From the NCBI RefSeq assembly GCF_035084215.1, contig NC_090333.1:45322001-45386000 (forward strand): a DNA stretch of 64,000 bases. Direction: 5' to 3'. Made by a program: the position numbers and the translations under genes. Shown here piece by piece: positions 1 through 9,900 of this stretch (position 1 is the stretch's first letter; each line of letters begins with the position of its first letter). A model generated the notes under the pieces. That model was not told the origin of the DNA. It searched no databases and was given only the letters and a program-made list of their open reading frames with translations. The DNA is from Heptranchias perlo (lineage: Eukaryota).

Positions 1-1748
1 TAGGTGTAGGCTGGGAGGTAAACCCCAGATGGTTCCTTAGTGAGGAGTTAAGGTGAAAGGGGGTTAAGGATTCATCTGGCTCCTCGATATATATTTGTCA
101 GGATACTGAAACCCATTGTTCTTACAACAAGGCATCCTTATGTGCCTTGCCTATTCAAATGAAGGGCCCAAGTTGTCACATGATCCACACCCTAGCCAAT
201 GGCAGAGTGAATGTTTTGCTTGGTGTACTGCTTCAGTGGACAAACTAATGGGGTCAAAGCCCATTCGGAGGTCCAGCCACCATCACTGTGAGGATGTTTG
301 ACAAATGGACCAATGCAGGTAATTTGATACTAGGCAGATCACATCTGCAGCCTTTACCACGTAGTACACGAGACTGCGGCAAGAGCAAGTTGCCAGAGGC
401 CCTAGGCGTAGGTGTTGTGCATCTGTTGAGCACGTTTCCATGCAGCTGTGAGATACAGGAGGCACAGCAGGCCATGACGGCTTGCCAAACGCAGAGTGCA
501 CAGTCCTCACAAGCGAGGTACTGGACTCATACCTGAAAGGGAAGCGATGTGACAAAATCAAGCATTTTTATCTATGATGGATTATTTACTGGATTCTTTC
601 TTGTAGATCACAGCACACAGAGAGTTAAAATAGGTTATATTTCCGCACAGTACAGAGAACACACAGCCCCGACTGGTTGAGATGCATGGATCAATTGCAG
701 TCATTGTCCTTGAATAGGAATCTGTCTAACAGGCCATTCAAAGTGTTTGGAATGATCAATGAGTCAAGACATTCCATTCTAGTGAAAGCTTCCTGTGGGT
801 TTGGTCCCAGTACATGTTTCTAATGGAAGGCTCTCTACGCGGGAGTCCTTCCCTGCACCATTTGGGGATCTGGGGTGGATAGTGTTGCACGGAGCAGTGG
901 TGTGCAACAGGTTTTTAAGCACCTTCACGGACTTCCAGGCCGCATGTGATTTTTGCAGCCTAGAGGAATCTGTAGCCCATGTCGACAGGTTGCATCCTCT
1001 GTATAGTTCCCTGAAGGGGCTGCTCCTCAACTTTTAATTACACTTTAGCCCCATTCTGCTAATCTTCGGCTGCTCGGTGCGGAGGGGGGGTGGGTAAGTT
1101 GGAGGATCTTCTTATGAACCTGGCTAAAACAGCAACTTGTAGGTCCAGGACTGGCGGGGCCCATGGGAGGAGTCGCTATTACTGCCTGCCTTTCTACCAT
1201 GCCTGGTGACCCTGAAGAGGGAGAATGCATTGTCCACCGATTCGCTTGATGCCCTCTGCGACTGGTGGGCACCGCAGGGTGTACATCGATAATAACATTT
1301 TGATTCAGTTTTGAAGATATCCCTTTGTTTTTGGTGGGACTTGATGCTTATTTTGGCATCCTTTAATTTGATTGGACCATCCTATACTACTGGTGGTCTA
1401 AAAGGGCCATTTGTTGTGATGATTCTTGTTTGGTGATCCTGGGGCAACCCAGTGTCACCCTTATTGGTCCATCAAAAAAGGCCCAGTACATGTTTGTTTG
1501 GCAGCTGTATGTGTATGGGCAATTGCCATTTAGAATCTTGTAAATAGCTGAGTACCTAATCCAGTTATATGAAGTAAAGATTTTAATGTCCCTTTATTCT
1601 GGGACAGCTTCAAAAGGAATTTGGAGCTATATCTTGGACGGTATTACACAAAGACAACAGTCAGTTTAAAACCATCAGAGGTTCAAGGCTAGGTCAGGGG
1701 ACTTTGTGGTATGGATAGCCAAGAATTAATTAAAGGACCGGATTTCAG

Positions 1749-2617
1749 GGGCTCAATTTTAAAATGGTGGTGGGATGGCAGCCGGGGGTGGGGGGGCGGG
1801 GGTGGGTCAAGGCAAACCCGAATAAAAAAAAACCCTACCTTTCTTGACACGATCAGTGGTAATTGATGATGATTAATGTTGTTTCTGGGTTTCGCACCCG
1901 GAAACCAGCCTGTTTGACAGGCTGGCTTCTGACAAGAGCTGCAATACCAAGGTGGGGAGAAAGAGAGAGAGAGAGAGTCCTCATCGGGCATTGGAACAGA
2001 GAGTGGGGGGGGGGGGGAACAAAGATTAGTGGGGGGACATAGATCAGGGGGGACATAGATCAGGGGGAGGGGACATCGTCAGGGGGGAGACATCGGGAGA
2101 CATTGGGGGCTGAGACATCGGGGGCTGAGAGAGCATCAGCGGTTGAGAGAACATTGGGGGCTGAGACATCAGAGAGGAGACATCAGAGCATGGAGGGTGC
2201 AGGTGACATTGTTTGACAGGTAGGTTTATTTTGTTTTTTAACTTGTGATTTTTTAAAATTCAATTTCTTTACTTTATTTTTGCCTGATCTGGCCCTTCAC
2301 GCCTGGTTTTACCAGACGTGAATCGGAGGCCGTAGGAAAGCCGCCCAGGTAAGTGCAAAATCGGTTTAACTACCTACTACGTCTAAACTACCTTAAGTAC
2401 CTCAATGAGGTACATTTGGTTCCTTAACTATCATCCCGCTGGCTTTAACTGTGGGCGGGACCTCCGGATTCGGGACGCCCGTGCGCACACGGGCGCGTCT
2501 TCGTGAGATGCAGAAGCCGGCGTGTTGGAGCCGGGTTCCTTTCCTGCTCCTCATTTCCATGATTTTCGGAGCCCCCCGCAACCAACGCACCCGCACGGAC
2601 ATTTTAAAATTGAGCTC
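1749..2617. mobile_element. Non-autonomous TIR element (Harbinger-type MITE)
   Basis: Ends gggctcaattttaaaat ... attttaaaattgagctc; flanks cag/cat (3-bp TSD, one mismatch); GC-rich interior with degenerate gagacatcggggg tandem units; no ORF. Confidence 0.75.
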
Positions 2618-2689
2618 CATGGGTCAGTTTAATTTTGAACGTTAGCACAGGAGAAGCATCAGTCACTTTGATATTGAGGAGATTAAAAT

Positions 2690-3680
2690 TTTCTAATTTT
2701 TTAATTTGTTATTGGGATGAGGACAACACTGGCAACACCAAATTCATTGCCCATCCCAAGTTGACTTGAGAAGGCAATTATGGGTTGCCTTCTTGAACTG
2801 CTGCAGTGCTTCTGGCGATGCTGCTCCTACAATGGTGTTAGGCAAGACGGTCTAGGATTTTGACCCAGCAATGATGAAGGAACAGCAATATAAGCCCAAG
2901 TCGGGATGGGGAAGGGGGAACTTAGAGGTGATGGTGTTCCCATGATATTGCTGCTCTTGTCCTTCCTAGTGGTAAAGGTCTTAAGGGAGGGAAGTGTTGT
3001 TGAAGTAAGTTTGCTGCAATGCATTGTGTAATTGGTACATTTACTGCCTTAGTATACAGGTAATGGAGGTAATTGAGTCCAGTTACAGAGGCGCCAATCA
3101 AGCAAACTGCTCTGTCCTGGATGGTGTCGAGCTTCTTCAGCGTTGTTACAGCTGCTCACATCCAGGCAAGTGGCAAGTATTCCAACACAGTCCTAACGTG
3201 GGTCTTGTAGATGGTGGAGATGCTTTGAGGGGTCAGGAGGTGAGCTACTCATCGCAGAGTAACAAGCCTCTACCCTGCCCTTGTACCTATGGCATTGATA
3301 TGGCTGCTACAGTTTAGCTTCTGGTCAATGGTGACCTCTAAGGTATTGATAGTGGGGGACTCAGTGACCAAGTTGCTATTGAATGCCAGGGAGGCGTAAT
3401 CGGGCTTTTTCTTGCTGTAAGTAATCATTGTCTGACACTTATGTGGTATGAATGTCACCTGCCCCTTGTCAGCCCAAGCTTGGATGTTGTAGATTGGTTT
3501 CATTATCAAAAGGAGTTGTGAATGGAGCTGAACACTGTAGAATCATCAGCAAACAGCCCCAGTCCTGACCTTATGACAGAAGATGGTTGGGTCGTGAACC
3601 CTGCCCTGGTGATCTCCTGCGACTATGCCCTGGGGCTGCAATGACTGGTTTTGGACAACCATGAACATCTTCCTTTGTGT
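2690..3680 (-). mobile_element. Degenerate CR1-group LINE, 3' part of ORF2 plus tail
   Basis: ORF 3270..3509 (IQAWADKGQVTFIPHKCQTM...LEVTIDQKLNCSSHIN) is a post-RT LINE region. Confidence 0.75.
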
Positions 3681-4045
3681 CTGAAGGTTCAAGCCAGGAC
3701 TTGAGTGCATAATCTAGGCTGACATTTCAGGGTAGTATTGAAAGAATGCTACATTTGGATATGATGTTAAATCGGCCTATGAAGGAGAGTGTAAAATATC
3801 TCATAGCACTATTCAAAGGAGAGCAGGGCAATTCTCCTTATGTGCTGGCCAAAGTTCCACCCTCAACTACCATCGCCAAAAATTGATTACCTGGTTATTT
3901 ATTTCCCTTGCTGAGGGGAACCTTGCTGCGCACAAATTGGCTGCTTTGTTTACCTACAAAACAACAAAGTGACTACATTTCAAAAGTAATTCAGTGGCAT
4001 GTTCTGAGGACATGAAAGGCACTACATAAATGCAAGTTATTTCTC
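3680..4045 (+). mobile_element. Deu-domain SINE with L2-derived tail
   Basis: gtaaaatatctcatagcactattcaaaggagagcaggg...ctggccaa Deu-like core; tail ataaatgcaagtt. Confidence 0.7.
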
Positions 4046-4208
4046 TACTTACCTGTTTCACATTCAATAGATTTGTCTGTTGGTTTATAGCCTGAGCCAC
4101 AGACTGATAGAATGTAGATTCTTCTGTTTAATGAAGACAAGGAGATGATGTGGCATCACCTCATAGTTCATTATTAATAATGAAAATATAATTATAGCCA
4201 GTGAGTAT

Positions 4209-4805
4209 GGCCCAATATTTACGGGGAGGGTGAGAACGGCCGGGAAACGAATTGAGGCAGGGACACGGAGTCCTGCCGAATTTAACAGCAGGGTGTCATT
4301 ATAATTTTTCCTTCCGTTTCTGGCCCAGCAGCCGGGCAGGAAAACAAGAGGCATGAGGCCACAGCAAAGGACCCTTGGAGATGGGGGGGGGGGGGGCGGG
4401 CGGGGAAGAGAGGCCGCGATCGACAGAGGGAAGGCCGAAGGCTTCCATAATGGATCGGGGGAGCACTCCTGCTCCCATAGCCCACAAGGTGTACTGTAAA
4501 AAGCACTTAACCTCTTGAGCCAGCAGCTCCTTCCTCCCTTTCACTGCCGGGTTTCCTGAGCCTTGGGAAACCCGCGTGCCAACTGTTAAATTTAAATCAG
4601 GCCCCCAATTGCAGTGTAGGAGCATCCTATAAATACGCCTCTCCACTGTGGGACACTCACACACCACAAAACCTGCCGCTGTAAAAATGGTGGCAGGCAC
4701 GTATCCAGCGGGTTGGAGACATGTTCCCCATTTTTAAATTTTTAACTTCCTACCCCCGGACCCCCTCCTACCTGTAGTGGTGGGGGGAGTGTTAGTATCG
4801 AGGTC
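4209..4805. mobile_element. Degenerate non-autonomous TIR element (Harbinger-type MITE)
   Basis: GC-rich block starting ggcccaatatttac and ending gttagtatcgaggtc, with tatg at both edges; internal motifs similar to 1749-2617. Confidence 0.5.
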
Positions 4806-5134
4806 TATGTGCCAGTTAAGAATTATTCATCAATTCTATCGTAGCTCAAGGGATTTTGTGCCTTTGATGACTGGATCTTCTACATTACAGGGTTGCCTTC
4901 CATACCAGCACTGGACACTATAAGAAGATTATGGGATAGCACAACGAACACTTTACTTTCACCTCAGAAACCTGAGATTCGAACTAGGATGAAAGTCGCC
5001 TTTTGCTGATAATCGTACAGATCCTACATGAAATATGTTTTGATTGTGTCAACCCAGTGCCAAATGGGCACAAGTCCACAGACCAAAACTGCCCGCAATC
5101 CAACTCACTGCCATTCTCACTTACATGTACTCTG

Positions 5135-5945
5135 TAATAAGAACATAAGAAATAGGAGCAGGAGTAGGCCAATCGGCCCCTCGAGCCTGCTCCGCCATTC
5201 AATAAGATCATGGCTGATCTGATCCTAACTTCAAATCTAAATTCATGTCCAATTTCCTGCCCGCTCCCCGTAACCCCTAATTCCCTTTACTTCTAGGAAA
5301 CTGTCTATTTCTGTTTTAAATTTATTTAATGATGTAGCTTCCACAGCTTTCTGGGGCAGCAAATTCCACAGACCTACTACCCTCTGAGTGAAGAAGTTTC
5401 TCCTCATCTCAGTTTTGAAAGAGCAGCCCCTTATTCTAAGATTATGTCCCCTAGTTCTAGTTTCACCCATCCTTGGGAACATCCTTACCGCATCCACCCG
5501 ATCAAGCCCCTTCACAATCTTATATGTTTTAATAAGATCGCCTCTCATTCTTCTGAACTCCAATGAGTAGAGTCCCAATCTACTCAACCTCTCCTCATAT
5601 GTCCACCCCCTCATCCCCGGGATTAACCGAGTGAACCTTCTTTGTACTGCCTCGAGAGCAAGTATGTCTTTTCTTAAGTATGGACACCAAGACTGTATGC
5701 AGTATTCCAGGTGCGGTCTCACCAATACCTTATATAACTGCAGCAATACCTCCCTGTTTTTATATTCTATCCCCCTAGCAATAAAAGCCAACATTCCGTT
5801 GGCCTTCTTGATCACCTGCTGCACCTGCATACTAACTTTTTGATTTTCTTTCACTAGGACCCCCAGATCCCTTTGTACTGCAGTACTTTCCAGTTTCTTG
5901 CCATTAAGATAATAACTTGCTCTCTGATTTTTCCTGCCAATTCTC
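5135..5945 (-). mobile_element. 5'-truncated young CR1 LINE
   Basis: Open ORF2 C-terminus 5243..5947 ([32 protein letters not shown]) and ttcttatg tail repeat. Confidence 0.93.
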
Positions 5946-6213
5946 ATGATGCTATTCTACCAAGCTGACATAGAACGGTTCTGGTTCTTCGCCCCTCCCG
6001 TCAGCAGAACAGAGCCCCTTTAAAACGACTTTGTCGAAAGACAACGCAGCAGTTTGGGACTAGTGCCAGAGTCTACTCAGCTAAATTGACACAGGCTATG
6101 AAAGACGATTAGAAAAAAGTCCTAACACAAATAGATCTTTACTAATATTCATTCGGTGGAATGGTGAAGCATGTGCAACAAAAGAATTGTGACTGGGACA
6201 AGTTTTCACTCAC

Positions 6214-6293
6214 CTCGATACCACCAGTGGAAGAATTAACATTTTCAGCATCCTCATCAACAGCTCGCCAGGGAACTGGAAATACTTGATTTC
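6214..6293 (-). CDS. SLC1A7: SLC1A7 coding exon 2
   Basis: ttcttag|GAA ATC AAG TAT TTC CAG TTC CCT GGC GAG...TCG AG|gtgagt; 80 nt; encodes FPGELLMRMLKM motif. Confidence 0.95.
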
Positions 6294-6945
6294 CTAAGAA
6301 GTCACAAATACATAAATCCAGGTGGATGGAGCCCATTAAAAATTCTGCTAATAAGTTTACAATAAAATATACTGAAGAAGCGATCTTTTTACATAAATAT
6401 AATTCGAAATGAAATGTCACCAGACTTTGGCAGAATTTAGAAATACAATCATATGTTTATTTGGGAAATACGAATAAATACAATTACTGACATTAGAAAA
6501 TAGGAGGGAGAGGAAAGAGAAACGGAGTTTCCAGAACACGCACAAGTCCTCAAATAATCACCATGAATTTGCTCATCTTTTATATTAATGTCATAAAGAT
6601 ACATATATATAAAGTGCTTTTGTAGAAGTGGCACCTTTGGGTAAAAAAAAGTAATCGATGTGAATTTAACACTGGTGGAATTGTGAATTTATTGATTTTT
6701 GTTTTGGCCATCCATTAGGAATTCCCAGTTACATCGATGATTAAACAGAGTAAATATTTTTTGTTGTCAGTGAATTAGTGTCAAATATTTTTAGTATTGC
6801 CTACCTGTTCGGAGAGGTGCTTCGTCCTAAGAAAAAATCCCAGCGAGCACCCGATAATAACAGACAACACCGAGAGAATGAGCATACCGTTCCTTTTAAA
6901 GACAGCCTTCATCCTAACCGAGAATGCAGCAAATGCCACCGCCAT
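6214..6945 (-). CDS. SLC1A7: Excitatory amino acid transporter 5 (EAAT5), 5' part: coding exons 1-2, join(6945..6805, 6293..6214); the rest lies left of the window
   Basis: Spliced translation MAVAFAAFSVRMKAVFKRNGMLILSVLSVIIGCSLGFFLRTKHLSEQ|EIKYFQFPGELLMRMLKMLILPLVVS(S) matches the SLC1A7 N-terminus (RNGLLILSVLSVIVGCLLGFFLRTR..EISYFQFPGELLMRMLK). GT/AG junctions; lies next to CPT2 as in human. Confidence 0.93.
6805..6945 (-). CDS. SLC1A7: SLC1A7 coding exon 1
   Basis: ATG at 6945 (acgATGg), 141 nt, donor CAG|gtaggc at 6804. Confidence 0.92.
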
Positions 6946-7589
6946 CGTGCCCTGGTCTGTTGCGCTGGAAAGGACCGCTACTCCATCCAGATGCAGTTCT
7001 GTGACTGCTCGCAGACAGGGGCTCAGCTCACATGTCACATCACTGGGCTTTGCACACACACATACCCCTGACCTCCAAGCCCAGACTTCGTCAAATAGAA
7101 AGCATGCACCAGCTGCCATTATTATCCCAAACTTATGGCTCTGATCCTATTATCAGAGAGTTCATTAATTATCAAAGACGATTACTGACCAACTTAAAGC
7201 GTGAGTTCTGCCAGCACTCAGAGATTGAACTACTCGGTTCCCGGACTTCAAACATTCGAAATGGTTCTGCAGAAAATGTAAACTTAATAGAAAAACAAAG
7301 CAATGTTTATTCAAATGTTACTCGTGCGATAGCTTCCCTTCTGTTCCAGCCCGTAAAAAGGTTGGGTTTTTTTTTAACCAAAAATAATGTTAATTTTAGG
7401 CTTGAACCTGCAATTAAACAAGAAAAAGTTCCAGCATCCAAATGGCTCAGTCGATAAATTCACTACCAGTATGTTAATGAGCTACATAGACCAAGTTCAA
7501 TCTGTTGACCAGATAGTTGTTCTCAGTAGAGTGGAGAAAGAGAGAAGCCGACCTGAGAGACAAATGGTAGATTGGTGGAAAAAGCAAAA

Positions 7590-8060
7590 GAAAAAGGCCA
7601 ATAGAATTCTGGGTTTTATATAGAGAGGATTGAATTTAAAAACATAGATGTGTTGATGAATCTGTGGAAGACATTCATTAGGCCACAATTCTGGACAGAG
7701 AAGGCAAAGAGAATGGCTGATGGGAATGTTAAAATTTTTGAATGGGTTTCAAAAGTAAAGATTATTTCCACTGGTCAATGAATCAGTAACAATGGCACAT
7801 ACATTTAGGATTACTACTCAAAGCCTTGTGGGGGAGGTTATGATAATTCTTTTCATGCAAATGGTTATTAGAATATGGAATGTATTGCCTCTGTGGTTAT
7901 TACTGTATTTAAAAGGGAATTGCTTCAACAGCAAAAATATTAGAGGATACTGGACAGAGCTAGGAAAAAGGACTAGAGTAGGTAACTCCAATAGGCAGCT
8001 AGGACTGGTGCAGGTAAGATGGACAAGTGGCCTCCTTCTATGGTGAAATTTGTGTTGTTC
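7590..8060 (+). mobile_element. Old CR1 3' fragment
   Basis: Degraded KANRILGFI, cattaggccaca and ggacacatacattta motifs; CR1-like tail. Confidence 0.65.
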
Positions 8061-8239
8061 CATGATCTAAGTTGGGGTGACAGTAGGGGTACTACAACTA
8101 GCCCTCAGATGGAATACTATAGAGTACTAGAACACATCAGAATCTTACCTCCCTTTTATACTAATTCTCGGGATGTGGGCGTTGCTGGCAAGGTCAATAT
8201 TTATTGGCTATCCCTAGTTGCCCTGAGAAAGCAGTGGTG

Positions 8240-9030
8240 GGTCTTTTTGAGCCGCTAGTGGTTTTCATCCAGATCATTAATAAAGGTGGTGAAAAGCAGT
8301 GGTCCCAATACTGACCCTGTGAGACTCCACTATTGACCAGTCCCCACATAGAACCACTGCCATTAATAACTACATTTGTCAATGAGAATGCAACTAATTC
8401 CTTATCCAACCCAAAATCTGCCTGCTAATCCCACAGGACTCAACTTTAGTAGCTTTTTAATGCAGCACCTTGTCAAAGTCTTTTTGAAAATCAAGATACA
8501 CAATGTTGACTAGGCAACCTACATCGACCAACCTAGAAACTTCCTTAACAAATTCAACCAGGCTGGTGAGACACAACCTTTTTTTCCTGAAGCCGTGTTG
8601 AGTTTCCCTAATAATCCTTCTCTCTTAAGGTGGTCATACAATGATCACTTCTATCAACTTGCCTGTAACCAAAGTCAAACTAACAGGCCTATAATTTCCC
8701 AGTTCTGACTTATTGCCCTTTTTAAATATCGGCACCACATGGGCCTCTCTCCAATCCTGGATCCCAGGCCAAGCGAGCTGTTAAAATATGAGCAAGGTGC
8801 TTGCAGAGGACAGCCCCCTTCTCTTTGAGCACCCTCGGGTGGATGCTGTCAGGGCCAGCAGCACCATTCATTTTGAGATCCTTTATTCTAGTCAAGATTA
8901 TAACTGCATCTCTTTGACACTTTCACTTTTAGCATCAACCCTACAATGTATTACTGGTAACTCAGCATCATTTTCTATAGTTAAGACTGATACAAAGTAG
9001 TCATTTAAAATGTCTGCCATATTCTGGGAG
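8240..9030 (-). mobile_element. Old CR1 RT fragment
   Basis: Degraded [11 protein letters not shown], DFQKxFDKV and YRPVSLT regions on minus. Confidence 0.75.
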
Positions 9031-9479
9031 TAATCCCAGATCTGTCCTGAGCAATCCTTCAATGGTTACAGGGAACTGGATGGGAAGAGGAAACCATGTG
9101 TGAGGGAAATGGAAGGGGAGCGAAAGAAAGGGGGATGGAAGTGATAGCGAGGAGAGAGATTTGCCATATATTTCACTTTGGCTTATCGTGTTATTGGCCT
9201 GTTTTTATTTCAAAATATACTTTATTCCATAAAATTTAAAGGTGCACAGTTTACACACAGTTCAAATAAAGGACACAAAATGCAGCAAGGCAGTTCAAAG
9301 CAATACAGTGCAAATCGTATGCACTGGGATCTCATTATTACAATTTTGAAAACACCGTACATATTTTCTAATACATTCTGTGCAACACAAGGTGGGATGG
9401 CCTTCATTTGGATCCTGCTGACCCAGTCTGAGCTCAGCGCTGCACTTTTCCGCTACAGTCACAGGAAGTGATAACATTG

Positions 9480-9900
9480 TGGGCTGTTCATCAGGCGGAT
9501 ACACGGGGCTTTCCCGGAACCTGTAGTTTGCCTTTAAGGGAAGTCCTGGAGCGTGAGACAGCCAGCGCGCTGCTACCATTATATTTTTATATATTTTTTT
9601 TTTGCAAACGGGTTTGCAATTTTTGGGTGAAATGTCTGCTCTTCGCGTTTCTTCGACATTCAACAAACTCAGCGGTCTGGGGAGGGCGGCTCCGCCTTGG
9701 AGAAAGTGCGGGTCCGGGTCCGGCGGGTTCACTCTGCTCCGGTCGTACAGCTCAAGCCCAGACCCTGACTATCTGCACAAGAGTATCGTGCCCACCGACC
9801 ACTTCCAAAAGAGTCTCCCGCGGTCAGTGTCAAACTCCACATCCTCCCCTCCACCGGTCGCATCTAACTTCAGTTGTCTCGGACGGTATTTAGGTGAAAG
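9480..9900 (+). promoter_or_regulatory. CpG-rich CPT2 promoter/exon 1 region
   Basis: Clear local excess of CpG and GC content relative to the CpG-poor flanks. Confidence 0.65.
9632..9822 (+). CDS. CPT2: CPT2 exon 1 (mitochondrial presequence)
   Basis: [26 protein letters not shown]...[17 protein letters not shown](R); donor CG|gtcagt. Confidence 0.93.

Noticed and set aside
7140-7200. Photoreceptor homeodomain (TAAT/TAATC) sites upstream of SLC1A7
   Set aside because: Motifs this short occur by chance in AT-rich DNA; no support without conservation data.
9295-9893. Overlapping ORFs of 141-145 aa around CPT2 exon 1
   Set aside because: Expected by-product of GC-rich promoter sequence; no recognisable protein similarity.
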